Below, one piece after another: positions 23,871-24,000 of a stretch of 24,000 nucleotides of DNA (the stretch's first letter is position 1; the number at the start of each line of letters is the position of its first letter). The notes beneath the pieces were generated by a model, which had not been told where the DNA came from, ran no database searches, and saw only the letters and a program-made list of their open reading frames with translations. Source of the DNA: Acinetobacter phage AC4. The translations under genes were made by a program, and so were the position numbers. The DNA is taken from sequence record OL770262.1, one strand, 5' to 3'.

Positions 23871-24000
23871 TTAAGCTGCGTTAACACGAGCTATACGAGC
23901 AAATGCAAGTTTAAGAGAAAGCTTTTGTGTAGCTCGCGGATCACGTAATTTGCCAACTTTAGAGGTTGCAAATACTGGAGTTTCGTTTTTAGCTTTAGCC
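23871..24000 (-). CDS. C-terminal part of a basic protein truncated by the window edge (...KNETPVFATSKVGKLRDPRATQKLSLKLAFARIARVNAA)
   Basis: Read manually; open frame to the window edge, TAA at 23873..23871. Confidence 0.6.
   Translation of the reverse strand, partial: AKAKNETPVFATSKVGKLRDPRATQKLSLKLAFARIARVNAA

Overview
The window looks like an early/middle gene region of a T4-like (Straboviridae-type) phage. Nearly all genes lie on the minus strand. Recognisable T4 orthologues, in transcription order (right to left), are dda helicase, dexA exonuclease, a GH24 lysozyme, the topoisomerase II large subunit split into gene 39 and gene 60, RNA ligase 2 (rnlB) and rIIA. The strongest observation is in gene 60. 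Its toprim motif is interrupted by an in-frame UAG plus a frame change, and the reading frame is only restored by skipping 43 nt. The gap carries the T4 gene 60 bypass hallmarks: a stop codon next to take-off, a UUCG-capped stem, a GAG exactly 6 nt before the landing codon, and a conserved nascent peptide. Here, however, the matched codons are Asp (GAU take-off, GAC landing) rather than T4's Gly GGA/GGA, and the gap is 43 nt rather than 50. An intact HNH endonuclease gene separates genes 39 and 60, as mobA does in T4. Other notable items are a ygiC/ygiB-like gene pair plus an SMR-like membrane protein lacking the usual Glu14; an exact 59-bp tandem repeat carrying plus-strand middle-type promoters next to a structured GC-rich element; an early-promoter family with an invariant 18-nt spacer and a conserved start-site motif; RNA-type hairpins that span several of these promoters; a membrane-anchored J-domain protein; and a SLOG-like protein. 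No tRNA, CRISPR array or transposon was recognised.
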